The notes: generated by a model not told the origin, from the sequence alone. Numbered from the stretch's first letter, positions 38,035-48,415 are shown. The stretch is 64,000 bases of DNA from Anthoceros angustus (GCA_010909165.1 MU008171.1:310001-374000), one strand, 5' to 3'. Numbers and translations: made by a program.

Positions 38035-40288
38035 ATGAGGATGCACTGCAATGTGGGATGCGCTGCCGTCGACTGCCTGCTGCTAGACCCGCCCTGCACG
38101 CCACCTTCCACCTGGGAGCCTGCTTGCACGGATCGGCACCAGCACAACCAGGAGCAGGCGTGCAAGGACTCTCGGCCGTTGGAGGTGGCCGGCTCACCAC
38201 AGTATGGTCAATTTGGCGACAAACTCATCCAGCTTAAAGCAGGAGATGAAGAGTTCCAGGCTATTGCTGACAAGTTCCATGCAGGACCTGGAATGACTTC
38301 TCAGGACATCACCATCAGTGGTATTTACCGGAACTCCCATAGCAGCACCACAGGGCGAGCACGGTTGCAGAACTTCAGGTTGCAGAAGGCAATGACTGCC
38401 AAGCTTAGAGGTGATGCCAACGTCCGCTTTGGCTGGCATGGAACTTCCAGGAAAGGTGTGCAAGGTATCATCCTGCACGGCTTTGGGCAACCGAGGAGGC
38501 CCAAGAACGGCGCATCTTACGGGCATGGAGTCTATCTCGCTCCGGAGAATTACTCCAACCTGAGGTTTTTTTTGCATGGCTTCTCTCCTCCTCCTCCTCC
38601 TCTCTGTTTCCCCAGTCTTCTTTCTGCACAGGCTTTGCCTCCTCTTACTCTCTGCTTAATCGTCATTTCTCCTTCTGCTCTGCAGTGCCGTTTACTCTGA
38701 TATCGACGAAAGGGGCGAGCATCATATGGTGCTCTGCCAAGTTATACTGGGCTTGCCAGAGCTCGTTCAGCCGGGCTCTGAACAGTTCCATCCCAGCGGA
38801 GAGGGATTCGACACGGGCGTCGACGACCTCGTGGACCCTAAACGTTACATCATATGGAGTACCCATATGAATTCACATGTTCTACCTGTCTATGTCGTCA
38901 GCTTCAAGGCTTCCAAGGCATGGACCGGTGAGTTCTTGCAGGCACGGGTTTTGCTTCCCCTATTATTGTCTTTTCTGCCACCAAGCCGGGTTTGATGCTG
39001 TGCTCGTTGCAGAGAGGGTTGAAGACAGCAGAGTCAGGCATAAGCTGGGCAGTTGCTGCAACTCTTTTCCCAGTCAATCAGACAATGCTGCTGATGAAGT
39101 TCAGCATCATGAAGCGGTATGTATGGTTCTCTCATATTTTTAGCCCAGGTTACTGGGGTTGGACGCGGACTGCTTGGTCATGTCATGGGAGTCCTTGGTG
39201 ACACCTATGGATAGTCCTTGGCGACACCTATGGATAGTCCTTGGCGCAACGCTTGGCCAGATAATTTTGTCATATCTGCCTAGACACCGACGGTGTTTGT
39301 TAAGAGGTTGCTAATGGTACTGCGGCCTTGTGAATGGTCAGATTGGAAGGTCTCCGTCAAGCGGCTGTTTCTTTAGAGATAGTTGCGCCTACCGTAAGTC
39401 AACTCAAAGGGAAGGACGGCAACTCCCCGGGTTGAAAATGAACTTTCCAGAGTTGTTCACGCTCCTAAAACGGGAGCTTCCACCGGCGAATTTGCTTTTG
39501 CTCAGGCAGAAGTATATCTGTTACAAGGTAAGTTTCCAGAGGTTTGTTAGCATCTCTGCACCCCCTTTGAGAGCAGATGTTTCGTTTCGTTTCTGCTTTT
39601 CTGCGGACATTCTCAACTAGTTGTTAATGCACTCATACAGGCAGGTAAAATGTCTAAGGCAGCCTGGGCAAAGTGTCTGAGGTTGTTGGTGGGCGATAAG
39701 AAGCTTTGCCTGGCCATCAGGACACTCCAAGCACAGGTATCAGCAGAACTAGGGTTTCTTGGTCCTTGGCCATGTTGCCGTTGTCGGTTTGTGTGCAATA
39801 CGTGATGTGCCATCTCCCTTCTATGAGCCTGCCAGAACCTCTTTTTCATCAAACTGGGAATTGGTGTTGCTCCTGGGCTGTCTGCCGTTTCCTTGATTTC
39901 TTCAATTTAATTTCTCTGGGTGAGGGAAATTTAGGATCATGTGCTCCCTCCGTATCTTGTTTTGTTACCTCTGCTTAGTTACTTCTAACTGTTGCCGTTT
40001 GCTGAAGTCCTAAATGGACTTCGACCAACCAGATGTGTGCGGGTTTGGAATGTGCTGTTTGAGCTGATTGTAGGCCTAGTGATTTTTCCACGTATAGCAG
40101 AAGTAACAGGTTTCCTCTGTTGGGTACTGCAGGTGTCAAGGCCTTTGGAGAAAGCAGAGGCATCTCTACCAGAGTGCTTCCTGGAACATAAGGTGGGCAG
40201 TCTGGCAGCTGGGGCACACCCAAGGAGAGTGGACTGTGCCAATGCAGAGGGCCCTCATTTCACTCAAAAGCTCCATCCGCTCCAATGA
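38035..40288 (+). CDS. SRO: SRO/RCD1-like protein: PARP-like catalytic domain plus RST domain, no WWE evident; multi-exon, 3' end either 39805 or 40288
   Basis: GDANVRFGWHGTS, YGHGVYLAP, DERGEHHMVLCQVILG, PGSEQFHPS..FDTGVDDL..PKRYIIWSTHMNSHVLPVYVVSFK; RST MNFPELF..L...LP......L...Y..YK|AGKMSK..W...LRLLVGDK.L..AI. Confidence 0.92.
39192..39247. repeat. 23-bp tandem repeat in an SRO intron
   Basis: gtccttgg(t/c)gacacctatggata x2 plus a partial copy. Confidence 0.9.
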
Positions 40289-40599
40289 ATTATCCCAAGG
40301 TCACTGAACACTTTGGTGTTCCTGGTGCCGGAAGTAGTTCACAGGATCAACGGTGATTCCGTGCACCGTAGTTACATATTGTGAGTAGCAGGGCGTCCGC
40401 CGACTGGGGCTTGGTCTCGATGCAAGAGCGCCTCCTCCTAATATCTGGAAAGTGTGTATTTGGGCAAGGAAGCGTATACAGATTGTGTTTAAAACCGCGC
40501 ACACAACAGCTAAGGAAGCTGGGACACGCTGATCAAGGGTACATTCTTTGTGAGGCGGTCATGACTCCTGGCTGGGTGTGATGGTCTTACTAACATACT

Positions 40600-43000
40600 G
40601 TACCAAGAGATTAAAACTAAGGGTTACACTAAACGAAAAGTAAGTCATGATTGTAGGAAAGGTAGTGCCCGCTTAGTCCTTAGGTTTAGGCGAGACTGTC
40701 AGGATAGTACATTCTATTAGGCAACCTGTTCGATTTTTGTTTTGGGTGTAAACCCTGTTCGATATTTGTTTTGGGTGGAAACCCTGTTCGATTTTGATCA
40801 CCTTTCTCCGATGTACATACTATGCATGAAGACGTTCAATCCGTTCAATAAAACATACAGATCGTGGACAGCGCGAGAAGAACACACTAGGCCCGATCTA
40901 TCGAGGCCGAACTAGCAACCAGGCCACAAAGGCCGAATGCAGGTAGAGAGCAAAAGAAAAGAGGTCCAGAGAGCGGGGGAAGCCGGGCCTCCGAAGACGT
41001 ACCAGATCTCGGCATCCCTCCCCCAGGGCCCAGAATTGGCCAGGTCCAGGCCCCTCCGCAGGAAGGCCTGAAAGCTGGCCTTCTCTGCACCAGAAAGCGA
41101 GCTCCACTGAACGCCTTTCCGCAACGGGGCACCAAGGCGAAAGGGCTCCTGAATTCCCGCCCAGTTTAGGGAATGCGCAAGCAGGAGTGCAGCCAGCTCT
41201 CCGAGGTTGGCAACCTGGCAACAGGACCGACATCGTGCCTAACCTGAAGAACTGCAACCTTACATGACAACCAGGCCACATGAGCCTGGTGCAGCCCCCG
41301 CCATCCCTGCTCCTTGTGGATGCCCCCTTTATAACACACAGTTGTAATTCCATCGAACAGGTTTGATGCAGGCTATAAACCCGGCCCTATGCCAAGCTTC
41401 CAGCTTGAGAAGTTGCGGAGGGCATGCCTGAATGTTGGAGGTTCCCCATAAGGTGGTCTCCCATATGCAACAGAGGAGTTTCAGTCGGTTACCAGTCTGC
41501 AAACCTCAAAAAGTCACACCCGCCCAGTGGATCCATAGGTGTTGGATGGTAGCCGCCTAAATAACAGGCCACCACCGATGCTGCAAAAAGGGCCGTTTCG
41601 TGAGACTGTTGATTCCATAAAGGGCAGAGGCTTCAGAGAAAACCAGGGAGGGGGAAGCAAGAGTTCTTCTGAGCCATGCTTCCACAGCCTTCCAATTACC
41701 TGTAGCAAAGGAGCAGAGGAAAAAAAATATGTTCACTCTTGTGTTCCTCTGCCTGGTTGCATAGGGTGCGGTGCGGGATTCCCACAGCTTCGAAAAGTCT
41801 ATCCCACCTGTCCGAGTTGGGAAGGGCAGCCTGCCACATCTTCCAAATTGTGCACCTATGTTTTTCCACAATGCCCTTGCTCTTCCATGAAATTTTCAGC
41901 ATGTGACGTTGAGAAGGGAGGGACACCCAACTTTAGCCGTGGAGCTAATGGATTCCTCCCCTTTGGCTGCAGCTCTTTGACCAGCAGTTTATGGAGGTGG
42001 GATGTGCTGACGTTGAGTAGAGACCTGGAGGCAGGGGAGCCGATTGCCACAGTCTGTGGCCAACGCCATAGGTGGGGGGACAGCGACAGAGATGCAGTGT
42101 CCTGCATATCCGCCCACACCAGATCCCCACCCCAGCAATCTGGCCCGCACAAAGGCTCGTCTTTGAGAAGCCATTGCCTGGAATTTGAAGCACCGAACAG
42201 AATAACTACTTTGCCCTTCCTTCGACCCTGTTTTGTAAACATCCGCAGCAATGCTGCTGCCCTCCAACTTAGATAAAAGCATCACCGAAGCCCCGTCAAG
42301 GGCCAAGGCTGATTGATCAATGCGCGGATCCAGCATAACAAAATCCCCCGGAGCGGAAGTGTCACCAGCATCCAGGGCTGCGGCCACAGTGTCAGCAAGA
42401 CCGTGCTGTACACAGGAAAGCAAAAACTTGGCACACCGGAGATTGATGTTCAATTCAAAAATAAGGTCCTCCGTCAGCTTCCAAGTCTCAGTGGCCAGGT
42501 TCCACGGGAGTCTGAGAGCAAAAAGTCCCTGCAGTCCTGCACTTTTAACGTGCTGATGCCGTTCCACCCGAAGTCGGAATTCCAGTTTCCAAATCTGCTC
42601 AACGCCATGTAAATGCAGAGACAATGCATGAGCCCTACCAGGGGAGGATACCATCTGCACAACTTCGCAGCCCCCTTGTGGCTGGAGCCCTACCAGGGGA
42701 AGAGTTGTGCAGCCCCCTCGTGGCTGGAGCCGTACCAGGGGAAGAGTTGTGCGGCCCCCTTGTGGCTGGAGCCCTACCAGAGAAGGACACCATCTGCACA
42801 ACTTCGCAGCCCGCTTGTGGCTGGACCACATGGATAACCAAAGGGGAGTCCATCTGGGAGCACAACTTCGCAGCCCGCTTGAGGCTGGACCATATCGATA
42901 ACCAAAGGATATGGGTTACTCCATATCAAATCCGAGTACGGGACTTTGAAATATATATAAAGTGTCCGAATTCACTTTTGAAATATCTATAAAATCTCCG
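40600..43000 (-). mobile_element. Decayed Ty1/Copia-like retrotransposon relic (gag-integrase remnants)
   Basis: Degenerate gag knuckle VRCFKF.AM (~42190); integrase-like LQTGNRLKLL (~41490) and RLQFFRLG..SVLLP (cf. HLRVFG..AYV.IP, ~41250) in gag-int order; many frameshifts; 29-bp tandem at 40724-40795. Confidence 0.5.
42628..42908. repeat. Imperfect tandem array (~42-56 bp units, core gcagcccc..gtggctggagccctaccagggg)
   Basis: At least 5 copies of gc.gccc....g.ggctgga visible, and 3 copies of cacaacttcgcagccc. Confidence 0.9.
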
Positions 43001-43680
43001 AATTCACTAAAACAAAGGGGAGAGACCGAAAAGTACCGGTCCCTATCGGTGGAAAACCGTGGGTGGGTGGGAAATGCCGGTTCCCAGAACCGACAGTGTA
43101 GCCGGTCGACATGAAGCCCTGATTCCGTGTTCAACCGCCCTAACAGGGTTAAGACTAGTCACTAGCCCTGAATTCGAAACCCTAACCCTAAACACCACGA
43201 TCTGATTTGAAGTCATATCACGTCCCGACGACGAGGCAAATCTGGCAACCCTTTTACAGCAATCGATCGACCCACGTCTCCATAGTGCAAGGCTCTTGGT
43301 GGAGGGCGGCGGACAGCGGTGGGGGGAATTTGGGGCTTGCCAAATATCGAAAGCGAAGTAGGACACCGGCTTGGCTTTGTTGCAACCAGTGAGACAAGTG
43401 TCCACAAGCAAACTTCTTTATTCTTTATTCAGGGTTGTCGTTATAGGGTTTCTATAAAGTGGAGGTGGATCTTTGTGGCGCCGACCTCTACTCTACTCAT
43501 GGCATCACCAACTAGACAACTCTTCTTTCCTTTGAAAGAGAGCTGTTGGCGGAAGTGGGGAATGGAAAACAGTGCAACTGAATGCAGGGTAGCATATAAG
43601 ATTTTTCTGGAGGATAGTACTTGGGCTTTCCATGGGTGCTGCTGGACCATTGAAGCCGTTAACGGGGCCCCCCACAGATT

Positions 43681-46278
43681 TCATCTCTGCTGCGTGCCAC
43701 TGGCGTCAGATTCAGTGCAGCAGAAAGCAGGCGGGATCGGCCCACAAACATAGTGCGTGAACAGCTTGTTCACGTCGAAGCCATTGAAGCAGCTCCCCGC
43801 CGACTTCGTGTAGGCACCCATTCTAGGGAATACCAGCCAGTCGCCACACTGCAACTGTGGCAGCCACACATTTCTCATAATAGTGTCCAAACCATCACAG
43901 GTGGGACCGAAGATGGTGGACTGATAGAGCTGCTCATCCTTCCAGGAGTCGGTACCTGCCTCTTCTTGTGAAAGGAGGGGAAGGGAGCGCACAGACAAGA
44001 CTGCATGATCGTACAGCAAACAATTCATGGAGCCATAAACTCCATCATTGATCCAGTACTCGGGTATCTTGTTCCCTCCCTTCACCCGCAGTCTGCTTCC
44101 GAAAATATGCGTAGCTAGAGTGAAGGCTTCTTCTGCAAAGAAGCGGCCAGGCTCTGCGATGACAGAGACACCCATAAAGTGAGGGAAGTGCCTGTCCAGA
44201 GCCTGGTTGATTGCTGCAGCAGCCGCCTTGAACCTGACACCGATGCCTCCATCCGAAACGAAGCCACCACCAATATCCAGCACTTTGAGGGGAGGCATCC
44301 CCAAGTTGCCAGCGGTGTCGAACACTCTTCTTGCAGACTGTATTCCGTCTGCAAAGGAGCTAGCCTCCGATGCACCACTGCCCACATGGAACGCAACACC
44401 CACTACCGAAAGTCCTAGGTGTTTGGCTACGGACAGGAGGTGCTCACACTCATCCATCTCTGCCCCATACTTGGTGCCCAGAGGGCAGCGTGCACCACGA
44501 TCTTCCACCCAGATTCGAATAAGCAGCTCAGCCTTGGGATGATACTTTCGAAGCTTGTACAACTCAACTTCAGAATCGAAAGTAGTTCTCAAAATTCCAC
44601 AAGCAGCTGCCTCCACCATGTGCGACGGAAGCTTGCACGGATTTGCAAAGATAATCCGATCAGAAGCGCACAGGACGCTCTTTGCAGCAGCCAGCTCCGC
44701 CTTGCTAGCCACGTCAAGTCCTGCACCCAGGTTCACTAACAAGGACATAAGGCGAGGGTCCCGGTTGCACTTGACAGCATAAAAAGGCTGCACTCTGGGC
44801 ATGGCAGCCTGCCACTCCAACCACAGCCTCAAAACCACCGCAATATCAAGGATGTAGAACGCATCCTCCGTTCCCGAAGCCAAGACCTTCTTCCGGATGT
44901 ACGAATCCATGTCAGTAGAGGAGGTCAGAATGGATGGGTTGACTGCTGACAAGAATGTGCTCAGACGAGGAAGACGCTGCAGGTTGTCGACATGACTCTC
45001 CATCTTCCCACACCCATTAAGCCGACGAGTAGTATCCAGCCTCACAGCCTTGCCCTGCGAGGAATCGGTGTTGGCTCCCACCACCTCCCCAAACAGGGGC
45101 AGCGGACACACAGCAGAGCTCCACAGGCCGGCAATCTTGTAAGTGTGGAAGATGATAGCACTGTTGCTCCCCAACTCCTGCCTGCTGGTAGACTCACATG
45201 CATACCCCTGAGGGCATATGGGCTGGTTCCACGAACACCCTGCCATATCCTGGCTGCTGCACCCCGTCACAAAGAGGGCGACAGAGAATTCCTGCGGCTT
45301 GAACACAGCCACAGCCTTACCCACCAAGCTCTGCAGGTCTGTGGTCTTGGGCCCGTACCCCATAGCCTCGTACGACGCATAAGACCATCCCTCCTCAGGC
45401 GAGATGTGTATCGTGGAGTGCGCTCCTGGACCAGCATGAACACCCAACCCTTCCAGCGCATTCATGCTATACCCGACAGGCTCAAACGCAAAGTCACAGA
45501 TGTCAGCCTGTGGGTTGATATCCGCAATCCCCGATGCCCTGCTCATCTCGGCAGCCGTGGGAAACACGGCCTTCTGGAACTGAGCCGCGCACTGCCTGCT
45601 CAGTTTTGTCATGCAGCACTCCAAGGTGTACACAGGCTCAGCTTGAGCAGGAGCAGCGACATCCTCAGCCTGGGCGCAGTACGCGTGCCAGTTGTGAGGC
45701 TTGGACGGATCCCCCATCACATAGGCCTGGCCTCCTGCACCCAGCCCCCCGAAGAACTTGTCCAGGAACGTCACCTCCTCTGCGAAGCTGGAATGTGGAA
45801 ACGGCTGCACCTCCGGGAAGAGGTAGCTGCCGCGAGTGTACTTCACCCGGTACGTCTTCAACCGCAGGCGAGCTGCGTGGGCCAGCAGCAGCGGGATCGC
45901 CCGCAGCAGCTGCGTCGTCCCGCAGGTCTTGATCACCAGCCTGTGAGGGTATATGAAGAGCGAGCTTTCGCTCAGCACGTAGCTGTCCACCCAGGTGTTG
46001 CTCAGCTCCTTCACAATTGTGCATTCCGCTGCTCTGAGCAGCTTGTTCAAATCCTCCCTGCCGAGCGCCCGCAGTCCCAGCCCTTGGGGATCGGAGAAGA
46101 GCGGAGCCGGAAGGAATTCCACCTCCAGCCTCTTCTCGAAGCCTTCAAATCCTGGAAGCGCCGGTGCTTCCGCTGCTGCTGGTCCTCCTCCTCCTCCTCC
46201 GTCCGTTGCCGCTGCTCCCGCCGCCACCATCCCCGCCGCCCTGTCATCCGGAGCTTCCGGCACAAAAGACACCCCCAT
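43681..46278 (-). CDS. Bifunctional S-adenosylmethionine decarboxylase-ornithine decarboxylase fusion (AdoMetDC/SAMDC-ODC), 865 aa, intronless
   Basis: AdoMetDC motifs GFEGFEKRLEV, DSYVLSE/SSLF (pyruvoyl Ser105), KTCGTT, GYSMN, STIHISPE.GWSYASYE. Fold-III PLP ODC motifs PFYAVKCN (K503), IIFANPCK, FHVGSG, LDIGGGF, AEPGRFF, INDGVYGSMNCLLYDH, FGPTCDGLD (C794), MGAYT, FNGF. One uninterrupted frame with Kozak gccgccATGg. Confidence 0.97.
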   Translation of the reverse strand: MGVSFVPEAPDDRAAGMVAAGAAATDGGGGGGPAAAEAPALPGFEGFEKRLEVEFLPAPLFSDPQGLGLRALGREDLNKLLRAAECTIVKELSNTWVDSYVLSESSLFIYPHRLVIKTCGTTQLLRAIPLLLAHAARLRLKTYRVKYTRGSYLFPEVQPFPHSSFAEEVTFLDKFFGGLGAGGQAYVMGDPSKPHNWHAYCAQAEDVAAPAQAEPVYTLECCMTKLSRQCAAQFQKAVFPTAAEMSRASGIADINPQADICDFAFEPVGYSMNALEGLGVHAGPGAHSTIHISPEEGWSYASYEAMGYGPKTTDLQSLVGKAVAVFKPQEFSVALFVTGCSSQDMAGCSWNQPICPQGYACESTSRQELGSNSAIIFHTYKIAGLWSSAVCPLPLFGEVVGANTDSSQGKAVRLDTTRRLNGCGKMESHVDNLQRLPRLSTFLSAVNPSILTSSTDMDSYIRKKVLASGTEDAFYILDIAVVLRLWLEWQAAMPRVQPFYAVKCNRDPRLMSLLVNLGAGLDVASKAELAAAKSVLCASDRIIFANPCKLPSHMVEAAACGILRTTFDSEVELYKLRKYHPKAELLIRIWVEDRGARCPLGTKYGAEMDECEHLLSVAKHLGLSVVGVAFHVGSGASEASSFADGIQSARRVFDTAGNLGMPPLKVLDIGGGFVSDGGIGVRFKAAAAAINQALDRHFPHFMGVSVIAEPGRFFAEEAFTLATHIFGSRLRVKGGNKIPEYWINDGVYGSMNCLLYDHAVLSVRSLPLLSQEEAGTDSWKDEQLYQSTIFGPTCDGLDTIMRNVWLPQLQCGDWLVFPRMGAYTKSAGSCFNGFDVNKLFTHYVCGPIPPAFCCTESDASGTQQR

Positions 46279-46384
46279 GGCGGCGGATACCTATCCCTCC
46301 TACACTCGTCCGTACGCACGCACCACCTGGACTACAACACTCACTCCCTTCACCTCCCCTCACCAGACAAGACAAAGAAGACAG

Positions 46385-46416
46385 GCAGACAGACAGACAG
46401 ACAGACAGACAGACAC
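46385..46416. repeat. (agac)n microsatellite in the leader or leader intron of the AdoMetDC-ODC gene
   Basis: Directly visible. Confidence 0.9.
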
Positions 46417-46621
46417 GAAGATTGGGCGAATGCGGTTGTGCGGAGCGAGGGCGAGACGAGGCCGCTTCCCCCCCTGGCGGGAGAGCTGATCTGCAAAGCC
46501 GCAGAGCAGCCCCTGGACGGCACGAATTCAAGGCCTTGCAAGCAAGACTAAGCTGCTGTGGTACGGCAGGGCAGTGGTGGCCTCTACGAATGGCAGCTGC
46601 AGCGGGAGGCGGCGTTCGATA

Positions 46622-46945
46622 TCAGGACGGCTTCCTCACGCACTGCGCACAACACAGGGATGGCCATCGTTCATTCGCCAGCGCCATGGAATGAAAGCAA
46701 TGCATTCTCGCAACACCGGGAAGTTCGAGAATGGAAGCATCACAAACGGATGGAAGCAGCACAAACGGATGGAAGCAGCACAAACGGTCGGGTGGATCCC
46801 CTCCCCCCGCCCCCCTCACCTTGCTGTAGGCTGCAGTGCGGAACTTGTCGACTCCTCCGTTGGGGCGAACGTCCTCCGCGACGTAGCCGAGAGGCGTCTC
46901 GAATTGGCGCTTCTGTCCACGATTACCGCCTTTGCTCTCCGCCAT
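46622..46945 (-). CDS. Conserved-peptide 'small' uORF of plant AdoMetDC mRNAs, 48 aa, two exons (46945-46820, 46642-46622)
   Basis: MAESKGGNRGQKRQFETPLGYVAEDVRPNGGVDKFRTAAYSK|CVRKPS* matches the family pattern MESKGG...YEAPLGYSIEDVRP.GG..KF.SA.YSNC...PS; GT-AG intron 46819-46643. Confidence 0.95.
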   Translation of the reverse strand: MAESKGGNRGQKRQFETPLGYVAEDVRPNGGVDKFRTAAYSKVRGAGGGDPPDRLCCFHPFVLLPSVCDASILELPGVARMHCFHSMALANERWPSLCCAQCVRKPS

Positions 46946-46953
46946 TATAGCAT
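46945..46953 (-). promoter_or_regulatory. 'Tiny' uORF (ATG CTA TAA) overlapping the small uORF start by 1 nt
   Basis: Minus strand reads ATG CTA TAA TG; the last A of TAA (46945) is the A of the small-uORF ATG. Confidence 0.92.
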
Positions 46954-48175
46954 TCAGCCAGGAGAGCTGAGACGCGGACATGGAGAGATTGCAGCATGAG
47001 CACGACGCTTTCCGAGAGCGAGGCCTGGCGATCACCCGGCGGCGGGGCGGAAAATGGCGGATGGCGGCGGGCGGCGGGCGGCGGGGATGCGATCCAGGTT
47101 GCCCTAGCGGGGCGGGACGGCGCGGGGAGGGAGCGAGAGGGCGAGAGGGCGAGAGGGCGACGAGGGAGCGAGGCGAAGGAAGCGAGTGCGGGGCTTTTGC
47201 ACACAACACAAGACACAAGGAAGGGAAGGAAGGGAAGGCGGAGGGCGGCAGGGCGCGGGATGTACAAGTGGGGGATCCGAGCCCACTCCCGGGCCAGAGC
47301 CTCGGGGCTCAGGGCTCGGGGCTCAGGGCCGAGGCGAAGCTGGGCGCACGTCGGACGCGGCAGGGCCACGTGAAGCGGTACTAGGCATGGTCAACTGCAT
47401 CATGGGGGCATGCCATCACCCTTGTCATGATGCCACATGTTGGGGGTACACGTGCCTAGGGCCTGGGGGCATGATGACGCCACCGCCACGACCGCCGGGT
47501 CCCGGGCCCCGGACCCCGGACCCCGCACCCCGTCCCTCCAAACCCTAAATCATGGTACGTACAATAGAGGGTGCTCCCCCGAGGCCCGACCGACAGGCGC
47601 CGCGAATCTTCCTGTCATGAAAAGTTCGAGTTCGGCCTCTCAGAGACGCTGGGACCTGAGAAGAGAGAGGGAGAGAGAAGGAGAGAGCCACAGCCTGGTG
47701 CCTGGTCCCTGCTGCCTGCTGCCTGCTTCCTGCTTCCTGCTGCCTCCTGCCTGCTGCATTCCTGCCTCCTCCCTCCTGCCCAACCGCCTTTCCTACCTGT
47801 CTTCCTCCTACCTCCGTATTTTTAGTGAGTATCGTAACGCACACCAATCAATGGATATAAAAAATATTCTATGGTGAATCTTCACCCTAGAATATATACA
47901 TAGAATATAGAATATAGAATATATCCTAGAATATATATATTATTTATACATCAAGGTATATGAAATAAAAATATATTTTATATTAGTTTGGTAATGGGTG
48001 GTAGTGAGTGAAGTAGGTCTTACCCTAAAATTCACAAGCCTAAGGATGATTAGGTAGACATCTTTAACTTATAATTAACATGACAAGGTGTGTAACATGT
48101 GGCCTCTCTAAGTGAATTCTACAATTATCGTTTATCAAGCTTCTTAAACAATTTGCTAGAGACTTCCCAACGTGA

Positions 48176-48415
48176 TGTGATCAACCTTCGTGAACACTTT
48201 GCTACTCACCTCCCAATGTGATCAACCTTCGTGACCACTTTGCTACTCACCTCCCAATGTGATCAACCTTCGTGACCACTTTGCTACTCACCTCCCAATA
48301 TGATCAACCTTCATAAACACTTTGCTACTCACCTCCCAATATGATCAACCTTCGTAAACACTTTGCTACTCAACTCCCAATTTGATCAACCTTCTTGCTA
48401 ATATGATCAACCTTG
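48176..48415. repeat. 41-bp minisatellite, 5 full copies plus partials
   Basis: t(g/a)tgatcaaccttc(g/a)t(g/a)a(a/c)cactttgctactca(c/a)ctcccaa starting at 48176, 48217, 48258, 48299 and 48340. Confidence 0.95.

Noticed and set aside
41539-42276. 245-aa plus-strand ORF
   Set aside because: Antisense to the Copia-like remnants; no domain motif.
44992-46551. 519-aa plus-strand ORF
   Set aside because: Antisense shadow of the GC-rich AdoMetDC coding region and leader; no recognisable motifs, and it runs through a microsatellite.
48176-48415. 41-bp repeats as a CRISPR array
   Set aside because: Units are contiguous with no unique spacers, the context is eukaryotic, and there are no cas genes.
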